Shown one piece after another: positions 56,502 to 64,000 of a stretch of 64,000 nucleotides of DNA (position 1 is the first letter of the stretch; every line of letters begins with the position of its first letter). Location of the stretch: assembly GCA_903824575.1 (NCBI GenBank), contig CAIJXJ010000164.1, positions 303 to 64,302 on the forward strand, read 5' to 3'. Source of the DNA: an uncultured Methylobacillus sp. (GTDB lineage Bacteria; Pseudomonadota; Gammaproteobacteria; Burkholderiales; Methylophilaceae). A program made the translations under genes and the position numbers. The notes beneath the pieces are model-generated. The model was not told where the DNA came from, searched no databases, and worked only from the letters and a program-made list of their open reading frames with translations.

Positions 56502-57188
56502 TTACTTGGCCGAGAATCGATAGCCGACACCGCGCACGGTCTGAATCATCTCTTCATGTCCGCTGACCGTCAAAGCCTGGCGTAAGCGGCGGATGTGCAC
56601 ATCCACGGTCCTGTCTTCCACAAACACGCGATCACCCCATACCCGGTCCAGCACCTGCGCACGGGAATGAACACGCTCCGGGTTGGACATGAGGTAATGC
56701 AACAACTTGAACTCGGTCGGCCCGAGATCGAGAGTCGTATCATTACCAGTGACCCGGTGCGTGACTGGATCGAGACGCAAGCCCCCGGACTCGATCGGAT
56801 CGTCCGTCATTTGCGGCGCGCGACGGCGCAGCACGGCCTTGATGCGGGCATTCAATTCACGCGGGGAGAAGGGCTTGGTGACGTAATCATCAGCACCAAT
56901 CTCGAGGCCTCGCACCTTGTCGATTTCCTCACCACGTGCGGTCAGCATGATGATGGGAATAGCCTTGGTGTAATCATCAGATTTGAGGCGACGCGCGAAC
57001 TCGATGCCGCTCATGCCAGGCAGCATCCAGTCGAGGATGATAAGATCCGGCTGCGTTTCGCGCATCAGGAGCTGGGCCTGTTCCACGCTCAAGGCGCGGA
57101 TCGGATTATGACCAGCCTGGCTCAGATTGAGTGCCAGCAATTCCTGGATGGCCGGTTCGTCTTCAACGACGAGAATATTAGCGGGCAT
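56502..57188 (-). CDS. phoB: phosphate regulon response regulator PhoB
   Basis: Receiver domain (ILVVEDE, DLIILDWMLPG) plus an OmpR-type winged helix (RTVDVHIRRLR...VRGVGYRF). Confidence 0.9.
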   Translation of the reverse strand: MPANILVVEDEPAIQELLALNLSQAGHNPIRALSVEQAQLLMRETQPDLIILDWMLPGMSGIEFARRLKSDDYTKAIPIIMLTARGEEIDKVRGLEIGADDYVTKPFSPRELNARIKAVLRRRAPQMTDDPIESGGLRLDPVTHRVTGNDTTLDLGPTEFKLLHYLMSNPERVHSRAQVLDRVWGDRVFVEDRTVDVHIRRLRQALTVSGHEEMIQTVRGVGYRFSAK

Positions 57189-57223
57189 GACAACGTCCTT
57201 TCACTGATCAATCGCCCTAATGT

Positions 57224-57252
57224 ATGACATAAACGTGTCAGTTTTATGACAA
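57224..57252 (-). promoter_or_regulatory. Pho box array upstream of phoB
   Basis: The minus strand reads TTGTCAT-AAAA-CTGACAC-GTTT-ATGTCAT. These are three 7-nt direct repeats at 11-nt phasing, matching the CTGTCAT-N4 consensus, 36-64 nt upstream of the phoB ATG. Confidence 0.6.
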
Positions 57253-57999
57253 TTTTTTGAGAACCTCACCAGCCATCATCATGCCGAAACTGGCCGTCAC
57301 GCACGCCGTGGAACCAAATCCTGCGCAGTTAAGACCCGTCATACCGGCATCAGCTGGAACGCAGGCCTTGTCTGGTCGATGCAATGGCTCAGGGGAAAAC
57401 ACACAGGGCACGCCAAATTTTTTACCGGCTCCCGCAGGAAAACCATACTCCCGTCGCAACAAGGTGCGTACTCGCGACAACAGAGGATCCTGCACCGTAC
57501 GCGCCAGATCATCAACCTGCACGCGACCGGGATCAATGCGCCCCCCGGCACCACCGGACACGATGATCCTGACCTTGTGTAGCCGGCCCCAGGCGATCAT
57601 GGCTGCCTTGACGCGAGCATTATCGATGGCGTCGATGATGAAGTCGAAATTCCCTCCCAACAAGACGTCCAGATTGTTCTCGGTCACGAAATCCTCGATC
57701 TCCGTGACCACGCAGCGCGGATTGATAGCAAGGATGCGCATCGCCATGGCGCTGACCTTGGCCTTGCCAAACTCATCCCCCAGGGCATGAATCTGACGGT
57801 TAACGTTTGAGATGGCGACATGATCGAGATCGATCAGGGTGATCCGCCCCACGGCGCTCCGCGCCAAGGCCTCCGCTACCCAGGAACCGACGCCACCGAT
57901 ACCAATCACGCAGACATGCGCCTGCTGGAAATTCTCAAAGGCGGTCACGCCGTATAATCGGCTTATGCCGCCAAAACGGCGTTCAAAATCGTCGTTCAT
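57244..57999 (-). CDS. tcdA: tRNA threonylcarbamoyladenosine dehydratase (ThiF/E1-like, TcdA/CsdL)
   Basis: [20 protein letters not shown] (Rossmann fold), LIDLDHV..NVNRQ, about 250 aa. Confidence 0.75.
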   Translation of the reverse strand: MNDDFERRFGGISRLYGVTAFENFQQAHVCVIGIGGVGSWVAEALARSAVGRITLIDLDHVAISNVNRQIHALGDEFGKAKVSAMAMRILAINPRCVVTEIEDFVTENNLDVLLGGNFDFIIDAIDNARVKAAMIAWGRLHKVRIIVSGGAGGRIDPGRVQVDDLARTVQDPLLSRVRTLLRREYGFPAGAGKKFGVPCVFSPEPLHRPDKACVPADAGMTGLNCAGFGSTACVTASFGMMMAGEVLKKLS

Positions 58000-58373
58000 G
58001 TTTCAACGATGACGAAGGCCAGCGCCAGCGCCTTCTCGTCACTGATGGAAAGATGGCAGGCACGGATGCCCCTGTTCTCCAAGTCCGCTTGCAGTTCAAG
58101 CGACAGATCAAACACCGGCTTGCCGAGATCATCATGCGTCACGCCGATATTCTGAAAAGTCACAGGAGCGCGTAAGCCCGTGCCAAGCGCCTTGGAAAAG
58201 GCCTCCTTGGCGGCAAAGCGCTTGGCAAGAAAACGGGCGCGGGTGTTTGACTGCTCAAATGCCTGCCATTCACGCGCCGTCAGGATACGCCTGGCAAAGG
58301 CTTCACCGAAGCGAGACAGGGAGTCCTCAATGCGGGAGACTTCGACAATGTCGGTTCCGATACCGTAGATCAT
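57996..58373 (-). CDS. acpS: holo-[acyl-carrier-protein] synthase
   Basis: [15 protein letters not shown] and [14 protein letters not shown]. 125 aa. Confidence 0.9.
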   Translation of the reverse strand: MIYGIGTDIVEVSRIEDSLSRFGEAFARRILTAREWQAFEQSNTRARFLAKRFAAKEAFSKALGTGLRAPVTFQNIGVTHDDLGKPVFDLSLELQADLENRGIRACHLSISDEKALALAFVIVET

Positions 58374-58408
58374 GGGGGTGGGGGGTGGGGGCTAGGGGCT
58401 AGGGCAGC
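58374..58408. repeat. G-rich heptamer array (GGGGGTG x2, GGGGCTA x2, GGGCAGC) spanning the pdxJ stop and abutting the acpS start codon
   Basis: Read directly. The array starts 1 nt after the acpS ATG (58373-58371, minus strand) and contains the pdxJ TAG (58392-58394). Confidence 0.85.
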
Positions 58409-59135
58409 ACGTACGCCTTGCCGCCAGCATCAGTGACTTCATTTCGCGCACGGCAGACTCAAGGCCTACAAACAGAGCGTGTGCCACGATGGCATGGCCT
58501 ATATTGAGTTCTTCCACGCCGGGAATTTGCGCAATCCGCTGCACGTTGTGGTAATGCAGACCGTGACCGGCATTGACGTGCAGACCAAGACCGACGCCAT
58601 GCGCCACGGCATGACTGATTCGGTCGAACTCAGCGTCGGCCTGAACTGTTGACCCGGCATCGGCAAAGGCGCCGGTATGGAGTTCCACCACCGGCGCACC
58701 GGCGGCAAGGGCCGCGTCCAGTTGCGTGGCTTCAGGATCGATAAAAAGAGAAACACGAATGCCTGCCGCACCCAAGCGCTGGCAGGCAGCCTCAATCTTG
58801 TCAAAATTGCCAGCCACATCCAGCCCGCCTTCGGTCGTCAATTCCGCACGACGTTCCGGCACCAGACAGGCGTCATGTGGCCTGACCTGCAGGGCGACAT
58901 CCAGCATCTCTTCCGTCACAGCCATTTCGAGATTCATGCGTGTCTGCAACAGGCTGCGCAAGATGAACACATCGGGATCCTGGATATGCCGTCTGTCTTC
59001 GCGCAGATGCAGGGTAATGAGATCGGCGCCGGCCTGTTCTGCCAGCAAGGCCGCCTGCACCACACTGGGATAACGCGTCCCGCGCTGCTGGCGCAGGGTT
59101 GCGACATGATCGATATTGACGCCTAAACGTATCAT
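58392..59135 (-). CDS. pdxJ: pyridoxine 5'-phosphate synthase
   Basis: [25 protein letters not shown] and NIGHAIVA. The last codons and the stop lie inside a heptamer repeat. Confidence 0.9.
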   Translation of the reverse strand: MIRLGVNIDHVATLRQQRGTRYPSVVQAALLAEQAGADLITLHLREDRRHIQDPDVFILRSLLQTRMNLEMAVTEEMLDVALQVRPHDACLVPERRAELTTEGGLDVAGNFDKIEAACQRLGAAGIRVSLFIDPEATQLDAALAAGAPVVELHTGAFADAGSTVQADAEFDRISHAVAHGVGLGLHVNAGHGLHYHNVQRIAQIPGVEELNIGHAIVAHALFVGLESAVREMKSLMLAARRTCCPSP

Positions 59136-59857
59136 AATTCCTGCAAGTCCATCAAAAGTTGTCGGGTATAGAGTGGCTTGTCGCCGAGATGATGCGCCAG
59201 CAGCACGCGCATCAGTTGCTTGCTTTGCTGTTGCGTGACCGGATCGGCATAATCCTCGGAGGCCATGTCCAGCAGGGTTTTACCTGCCAATTGTACACCG
59301 ATTCCCCCCTCCCCTTCAGGTAGCGCGCCGCGCTCGGCCAGGTAACGATAATCGACTTCTGGCTGGATCAAGCCCCCATGTACATCCTCCAGCAGAGGCA
59401 ATGCATAGCCCAACTGCTGCAGCAATCGCAGTTCGAAGCGACGCAGGGTGGAGGGGGCATCGACACCAGCGCTAAGCACCCGCAGGGTCTGGTTGTAGTA
59501 GAAAAAAAGATCTTCGTGCGCATCTTCCCGTGGCAACAAGCGCAGCAACAGTTCATTCAGGTAAAAGCCGCACATCAGGGCATCGCCATTCAGCACGAGC
59601 AAACCGTCACCCCATTCCAGCGAGTGCAGGTTGCGCAATTCCAACTTTCCAGACCAGGTAGCGGCCAGCGGCTGAAACGATTGCAACATGCCGCGCATGG
59701 CCGAGCGCGGGCGGCGGGCGCCCTTGGCTACCGCCGCAATCCGCCCGAATTCGCGACTGAACAACTCCACCACCAGGCTGGTTTCCTTGAAAGGATAGGT
59801 GTGCAGAACGAATACCGGTTGCTGGTCAATGCGATGGGTGGGAGTGGCCATGACCAA
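59132..59857 (-). CDS. recO: DNA repair protein RecO
   Basis: 241 aa. OB-fold N-terminus ([24 protein letters not shown]). Conserved era-recO-pdxJ order. Confidence 0.85.
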   Translation of the reverse strand: MVMATPTHRIDQQPVFVLHTYPFKETSLVVELFSREFGRIAAVAKGARRPRSAMRGMLQSFQPLAATWSGKLELRNLHSLEWGDGLLVLNGDALMCGFYLNELLLRLLPREDAHEDLFFYYNQTLRVLSAGVDAPSTLRRFELRLLQQLGYALPLLEDVHGGLIQPEVDYRYLAERGALPEGEGGIGVQLAGKTLLDMASEDYADPVTQQQSKQLMRVLLAHHLGDKPLYTRQLLMDLQEL

Positions 59858-59870
59858 AAATCAATTGCTT

Positions 59871-60776
59871 TCAATAGCCGAGGCTCTTCAGCGCGCGCTC
59901 GTTATCAGCCCAACCGCCGCGCACCTTGACCCAGGTCTCCAGCCAGACTTTGCCGCCGAACAGCTTTTCCATGTCCTGGCGCGCTTCGGTGGAGATACGT
60001 TTGAGTTTTTCTCCACTCTTGCCGATCAGGATCGGCTTCTGTCCCTCCTTGTCGACCAGGATGGCGGCGTGAATGCGGCGCAAGTTGCCTTCCTGCTCGA
60101 ATTTCTCGATTTCAACTGCTATCGAGTACGGCAACTCTTCGCCCAATAGACGAAATATTTTCTCGCGGATGATTTCGGCCGCCAGAAATCGTTCGTTGCG
60201 GTCGGTCAGTTCATCCGCCCCATAAATGGCCGCCTGTTCCGGCAGAAAGCGCCGAATGACAGCGAGCAGGTCATCGAGATTCAAGCTGCGTTTGGCGGAA
60301 ACCGGCACGATGTCGGCAAAATTGAATGAGGCGGCATGCTCCTGGATATAAGGCAGAATTTCACCACGATCAGCCAACAGGTCGGCCTTGTTGACCACCA
60401 GCAGCACCGGCGTCTTGGCCGGCAGGATCTCGACCACCTTGCGGTCTTCATCGGTGAAACGCGTGGCATCTACCACGAACAACACCACATCCACCTCCGA
60501 CATGACCTGCCGCACGGTGCGATTCATGCCACGGTTAAGCGCATTGACATGACGCAACTGGAAGCCAGGGGTGTCAACGAACAGGAACTGAGCATCCGTC
60601 GTGGTATGAATCCCCAGCAGCCGGTGGCGCGTGGTCTGGGCCTTGCGCGAAGTAATACTGAGCTTGGCACCGAGAATATGGTTAAGCAGGGTCGACTTGC
60701 CGACGTTGGGTCGGCCAACGATGGCGATGGTGCCACAATGAAAATTCGTTGCGGGTTTTTCTGTTTCTGTGTTCAT
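59871..60776 (-). CDS. era: GTPase Era
   Basis: G1 [13 protein letters not shown]3 DTPG, G4 NKAD and a C-terminal KH domain. ATGA overlap with the rnc stop. Confidence 0.9.
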   Translation of the reverse strand: MNTETEKPATNFHCGTIAIVGRPNVGKSTLLNHILGAKLSITSRKAQTTRHRLLGIHTTTDAQFLFVDTPGFQLRHVNALNRGMNRTVRQVMSEVDVVLFVVDATRFTDEDRKVVEILPAKTPVLLVVNKADLLADRGEILPYIQEHAASFNFADIVPVSAKRSLNLDDLLAVIRRFLPEQAAIYGADELTDRNERFLAAEIIREKIFRLLGEELPYSIAVEIEKFEQEGNLRRIHAAILVDKEGQKPILIGKSGEKLKRISTEARQDMEKLFGGKVWLETWVKVRGGWADNERALKSLGY

Positions 60777-61444
60777 TGTGTAGCCTTCTGGTATGCAAGT
60801 TCTGCCGCCTGTTGTTCGGCAATACGGCGACTGCCGCCTTCCCCCTGAGCCTGTATTGTCAGCGCGGGTATGCGGCATTCGACTTTAAAAGTCTGACAAT
60901 GCGCCTCGCCCTGGGTCGCGAGCAGAGAATATTCCGGCAGCCCCAGACGGCGACCCTGCAAAAACTCCTGCAACAAAGTCTTGGGATCCTTGCCGATGGA
61001 CTTTGGATCAAGATTTTCCAGCAGCGGCGCATAGAGTCGCGTCACCATATTGCGTGCTACATCGAATCCGGCATCGATAAACACCGCACCGATAATCGCC
61101 TCCATGGCATCTGCCAGCATTGACGGCCGCTGCCCGCCGCCGCTTTTCAGTTCGCCCTCGCCTAGGCGCAAATGATTTCCCAAGGCGAGGGTTGAGGCTA
61201 TCCCGCTCAGCGTGCCCTCCCTGACCAGATACGCGCGCAAGCGGCTCAAATCTCCTTCTGGCGCGGCCGGGAAGCGCTCATACAACAGGGCCGCGATCAC
61301 GCAATTGAGGACACTATCACCGAGAAACTCCAGACGCTCATTGTTGAGCGCGCCGTGACTGCGGTGCGTCAGCGCTTGGGTCAATAGCGCTTCTACTTTG
61401 AAATCGTGGCCGATGAGGCGCGTAAGCCCTGCCAGAGAAGTCAT
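60773..61444 (-). CDS. rnc: ribonuclease III
   Basis: [12 protein letters not shown] signature plus a C-terminal dsRBD. Confidence 0.9.
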   Translation of the reverse strand: MTSLAGLTRLIGHDFKVEALLTQALTHRSHGALNNERLEFLGDSVLNCVIAALLYERFPAAPEGDLSRLRAYLVREGTLSGIASTLALGNHLRLGEGELKSGGGQRPSMLADAMEAIIGAVFIDAGFDVARNMVTRLYAPLLENLDPKSIGKDPKTLLQEFLQGRRLGLPEYSLLATQGEAHCQTFKVECRIPALTIQAQGEGGSRRIAEQQAAELAYQKATQ

Positions 61445-61453
61445 GAACGGGGC

Positions 61454-61840
61454 TTAATTTGCTGCCGTTGCCGCCGCGCCGGCGGCTTTGGCCGTCGATA
61501 CCGAAAAGCTCAACAACGCACTGATATTCGCCATCAGCGGCACCACCACTTCATAATCGACAGATACCGTGGTGACTGTCCCACCGTGCCCAATAACGAG
61601 ATCCGTACTCTTGATACTGTGGATCTGATCGATCTGCATGGTCTTGTCCATCAAGCCCCGGATATCCGCGTCACTCATGGCACTGATTGAAGGATCCCCA
61701 CCGATACGGTTGATGGCCTTCTTGATGGTGAAGTATTCGCTATAGGCCGGGAACAGCAGCATCACGAGCAAAGCCACAATAACGATTGGACCCACGGTAA
61801 AAACCAGACTCCAAAAGGTAAATCCTGTTTGCTTGTGCAT
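61454..61840 (-). CDS. small membrane-anchored protein (DUF4845-like), conserved between lepB and rnc
   Basis: 128 aa with a single N-terminal TM. The position between lepB and rnc is as in many beta- and gammaproteobacteria. Family name from memory. Confidence 0.5.
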   Translation of the reverse strand: MHKQTGFTFWSLVFTVGPIVIVALLVMLLFPAYSEYFTIKKAINRIGGDPSISAMSDADIRGLMDKTMQIDQIHSIKSTDLVIGHGGTVTTVSVDYEVVVPLMANISALLSFSVSTAKAAGAAATAAN

Positions 61841-61849
61841 GTTGCTCTC

Positions 61850-62596
61850 CTAATGAATGGTATCGCCTATCCTGCCGAAATGATCAAAATTCCACCAGAT
61901 CATGAAGGCGCGACCAACAATGTTAGCCTCGGGCACAAAGCCCCAGAAACGGCTGTCATTGCTATTGTCTCGATTGTCACCCATCATGAAATAATGCCCT
62001 TCAGGTACCACGACTTCACCATCAATTGTAGGCGCGTCCGGCACCAGCAGGATATCGTGCCTGTGCTCACCGAGGGTTTCCTGGTAGCGCTGCGCCGAAA
62101 CCTGGTTCAGACCGGGAGCTACATAACTGTAATCGCCTGTCGCTGCCACGTCCAGCGCTTGCCCGTTCAAATACAGATGCTTCTCGCGATAGCCAATGCG
62201 ATCCCCCGGCACCCCGACCACACGCTTGATGTAATCGAGGGACGGATCCTTGGGGTATCGAAATACCATCACCTCGCCGCGCCTGGGGTGGCTGATCTCG
62301 ACAAAGGTATTGTTCAGGATCGGCACGCGCAGGCCGTAGGTGTACTTGTTGACCAGAATGAAATCCCCCACCAGCAGGGTCGGCATCATGGAACCTGAGG
62401 GGATCTTGAACGGCTCGACCAGAAACGAGCGAATCAGGAACACCGCAAGGATCACCGGAAAGAAGCTCTTGGAGTATTCCACCACCGCCGGTTCGGCGAC
62501 ACCTGCCGCACGGCGCTGCTTCAAAACAAGAATGTCCAGCAGCCAGACCAGACCGGTCACCAGCAATATGACCACCATAAACAAAGCGAACATCAT
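61850..62596 (-). CDS. lepB: signal peptidase I
   Basis: IPSGSMMPTL (catalytic Ser), YIKRVVGVPGD (Lys box) and GDNRDNSNDSR. GGAGA Shine-Dalgarno upstream of ATG 62596. Confidence 0.9.
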   Translation of the reverse strand: MMFALFMVVILLVTGLVWLLDILVLKQRRAAGVAEPAVVEYSKSFFPVILAVFLIRSFLVEPFKIPSGSMMPTLLVGDFILVNKYTYGLRVPILNNTFVEISHPRRGEVMVFRYPKDPSLDYIKRVVGVPGDRIGYREKHLYLNGQALDVAATGDYSYVAPGLNQVSAQRYQETLGEHRHDILLVPDAPTIDGEVVVPEGHYFMMGDNRDNSNDSRFWGFVPEANIVGRAFMIWWNFDHFGRIGDTIH

Positions 62597-62720
62597 AAGA
62601 TATCTCCAGAAAATCGATTGCGCGGGATGGGGCGAAAGGCGCCGCACAGCGAGCCACGATGCAGATCAAACGGATAGGCGAGGCGCGAGCGAGCACGCAA
62701 CACGTTGATGAAGAATTCCA

Positions 62721-64000
62721 TCACTTGTCTTCAACCCTGAGAATCGCCAGGAATGCTTCCTGCGGGATTTCCACGTTACCCACCTGCTTCATGCGTTTCT
62801 TGCCTTCTTTCTGCTTTTCCAGCAGTTTCTTCTTGCGCGTGATGTCGCCGCCATAGCACTTGGCGATAACGTTCTTGCGCATGGCCTTCACCGTCTCGCG
62901 CGCAATGATGTTAGCGCCGATAGAAGCCTGGATCGCAATGTCGAACATCTGGCGCGGGATCAGCTCGCGCATCTTGGATACCAGTTGACGGCCCCGATGC
63001 ACGCTATTGGCCCGGTGCACGATCAGGGACAGGGAATCGACGCGCTCGCCATTAACCATGATGTCCAGCTTGACCAAGTCCGCCGCACGAAATTCAAGGA
63101 ACTCGTAATCCATCGAGGCATAACCGCGCGAAACGGATTTGAGCTTGTCGAAGAAATCCAGCACCACTTCGTTCAAGGGAATCTCGTAGGTCAGCATCAC
63201 CTGGCGCCCAAGATATTGCATGTTCTTCTGCTCGCCGCGCTTGCCATTACATAACGTCATCACCGGACCCACATACTCCTGCGGCATCAACAGATTTACC
63301 GTAATAATAGGTTCACGCACCTCTGCCACGCGCGACGGCTCAGGCAGGCGCGAAGGGTTCTCGATCTGCAGCACCTCGCCACTCCGCATCAGGAGTTCGT
63401 ACACCACCGTCGGCGCAGTGGTAATCAGATCCATGTCGTATTCGCGTTCCAGGCGCTCCTGCACGATCTCCATGTGCAACAAGCCTAAGAAACCGCAGCG
63501 AAAACCAAAGCCCAGCGCGGTCGAATTTTCCGGTTCGAACTGCAAGGAGGCGTCGTTCAAGCGCAGTTTTTCCAGTGCGTTGCGCAAGGCCTCAAACTGA
63601 TTGGACTCTACCGGATAGAGGCCGGCAAACACCTGCGGTTTGATTTCCTTGAAGCCGGGCAAGGACTCTGGCGCCGGTCGGTTGGCGAGCGTCACCGTGT
63701 CGCCCACCTTGGCACTCAACAGCTCCTTGATGCCGGCGATGATAAAACCAACCTCTCCGGCCGACAGGCTCTCGCGCGTCTGCGACTTCGGGGTGAATAC
63801 GCCGACTTGCTCACAAAGATATTCATCGCCCGTCGCCATCAAGCGCAGCTTATCCTTAGGCTTGATGCATCCGTCCACCACCCGCACCAGCATGATGACG
63901 CCGACATAATTGTCGAACCAGGAATCGATGATCAGGGCCTTGAGCGGCGCATCCGGGTCGCCTTTGGGAGGCGGCACGCGTGCCACCACAGCTTCCAGCA
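62721..64000 (-). CDS. lepA: translation elongation factor 4 (LepA), C-terminal ~425 codons. The N-terminus lies beyond the window.
   Basis: EF-G-like domains II-V and the LepA-specific C-terminal domain ([25 protein letters not shown]). The ORF is open to the window edge. Confidence 0.9.
   Translation of the reverse strand, partial: LEAVVARVPPPKGDPDAPLKALIIDSWFDNYVGVIMLVRVVDGCIKPKDKLRLMATGDEYLCEQVGVFTPKSQTRESLSAGEVGFIIAGIKELLSAKVGDTVTLANRPAPESLPGFKEIKPQVFAGLYPVESNQFEALRNALEKLRLNDASLQFEPENSTALGFGFRCGFLGLLHMEIVQERLEREYDMDLITTAPTVVYELLMRSGEVLQIENPSRLPEPSRVAEVREPIITVNLLMPQEYVGPVMTLCNGKRGEQKNMQYLGRQVMLTYEIPLNEVVLDFFDKLKSVSRGYASMDYEFLEFRAADLVKLDIMVNGERVDSLSLIVHRANSVHRGRQLVSKMRELIPRQMFDIAIQASIGANIIARETVKAMRKNVIAKCYGGDITRKKKLLEKQKEGKKRMKQVGNVEIPQEAFLAILRVEDK

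Noticed and set aside
62067-62696. 209-aa minus-strand ORF overlapping lepB in another frame.
   Set aside because: lepB in the other frame carries all signal peptidase I boxes. The alternative frame is Arg/Gly/Ala-rich with no motifs.

Overview
About 64 kb of chromosome at roughly 55% GC. Gene content and order suggest a betaproteobacterium: lepA-lepB-rnc-era-recO-pdxJ-acpS, aceE-aceF-lpdA with a lipoyl domain fused to Lpd, birA-coaX-SPOR, and secG-tRNA-Leu. This assignment is inferred, not verified. From left to right the window holds: (1) an integrated-element junction, tRNA-Leu(GAG) followed by a truncated P4-type integrase. (2) Housekeeping genes secG, tpiA, recJ. (3) A tight sixA / ParA-like ATPase / CYTH-CHAD operon. 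(4) A beta-CASP MBL hydrolase plus an M17 peptidase. (5) Two glycosyltransferase-like genes. (6) The pyruvate dehydrogenase operon. (7) A glcD-like gene, msrA and corA. (8) A MacAB/DevCBA-like ABC exporter with a membrane fusion protein and two FtsX permeases. (9) glnS, birA, coaX, flgM and flgN. (10) A surface-glycan (O-antigen-like) locus of about 20 kb (34.7-54.4 kb) with a lower-GC core, interrupted by four toxin-antitoxin-type modules. (11) phoBR. (12) The acpS-to-lepA block. I found one tRNA and no rRNA, CRISPR array or intact IS element. The most unusual signal at sequence level is a family of short tandem heptanucleotide repeats with coding-strand unit CAGTCCT. They sit in frame inside lpdA, gmd and fcl, always in the only orientation that avoids stop codons, and related arrays occupy two intergenic junctions. 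Other points worth follow-up: the possible polyphosphate-granule ParA system, a VapBC module wedged between gmd and fcl behind a perfect 17-bp palindrome, a single-chain MNT-HEPN fusion, a duplicated leader plus lipoyl-domain 5' end in the PDH operon, and a G10 tract inside a recJ-neighbour gene. All functional calls rest on motif and family recognition by eye from the translated ORFs. No database search was run.
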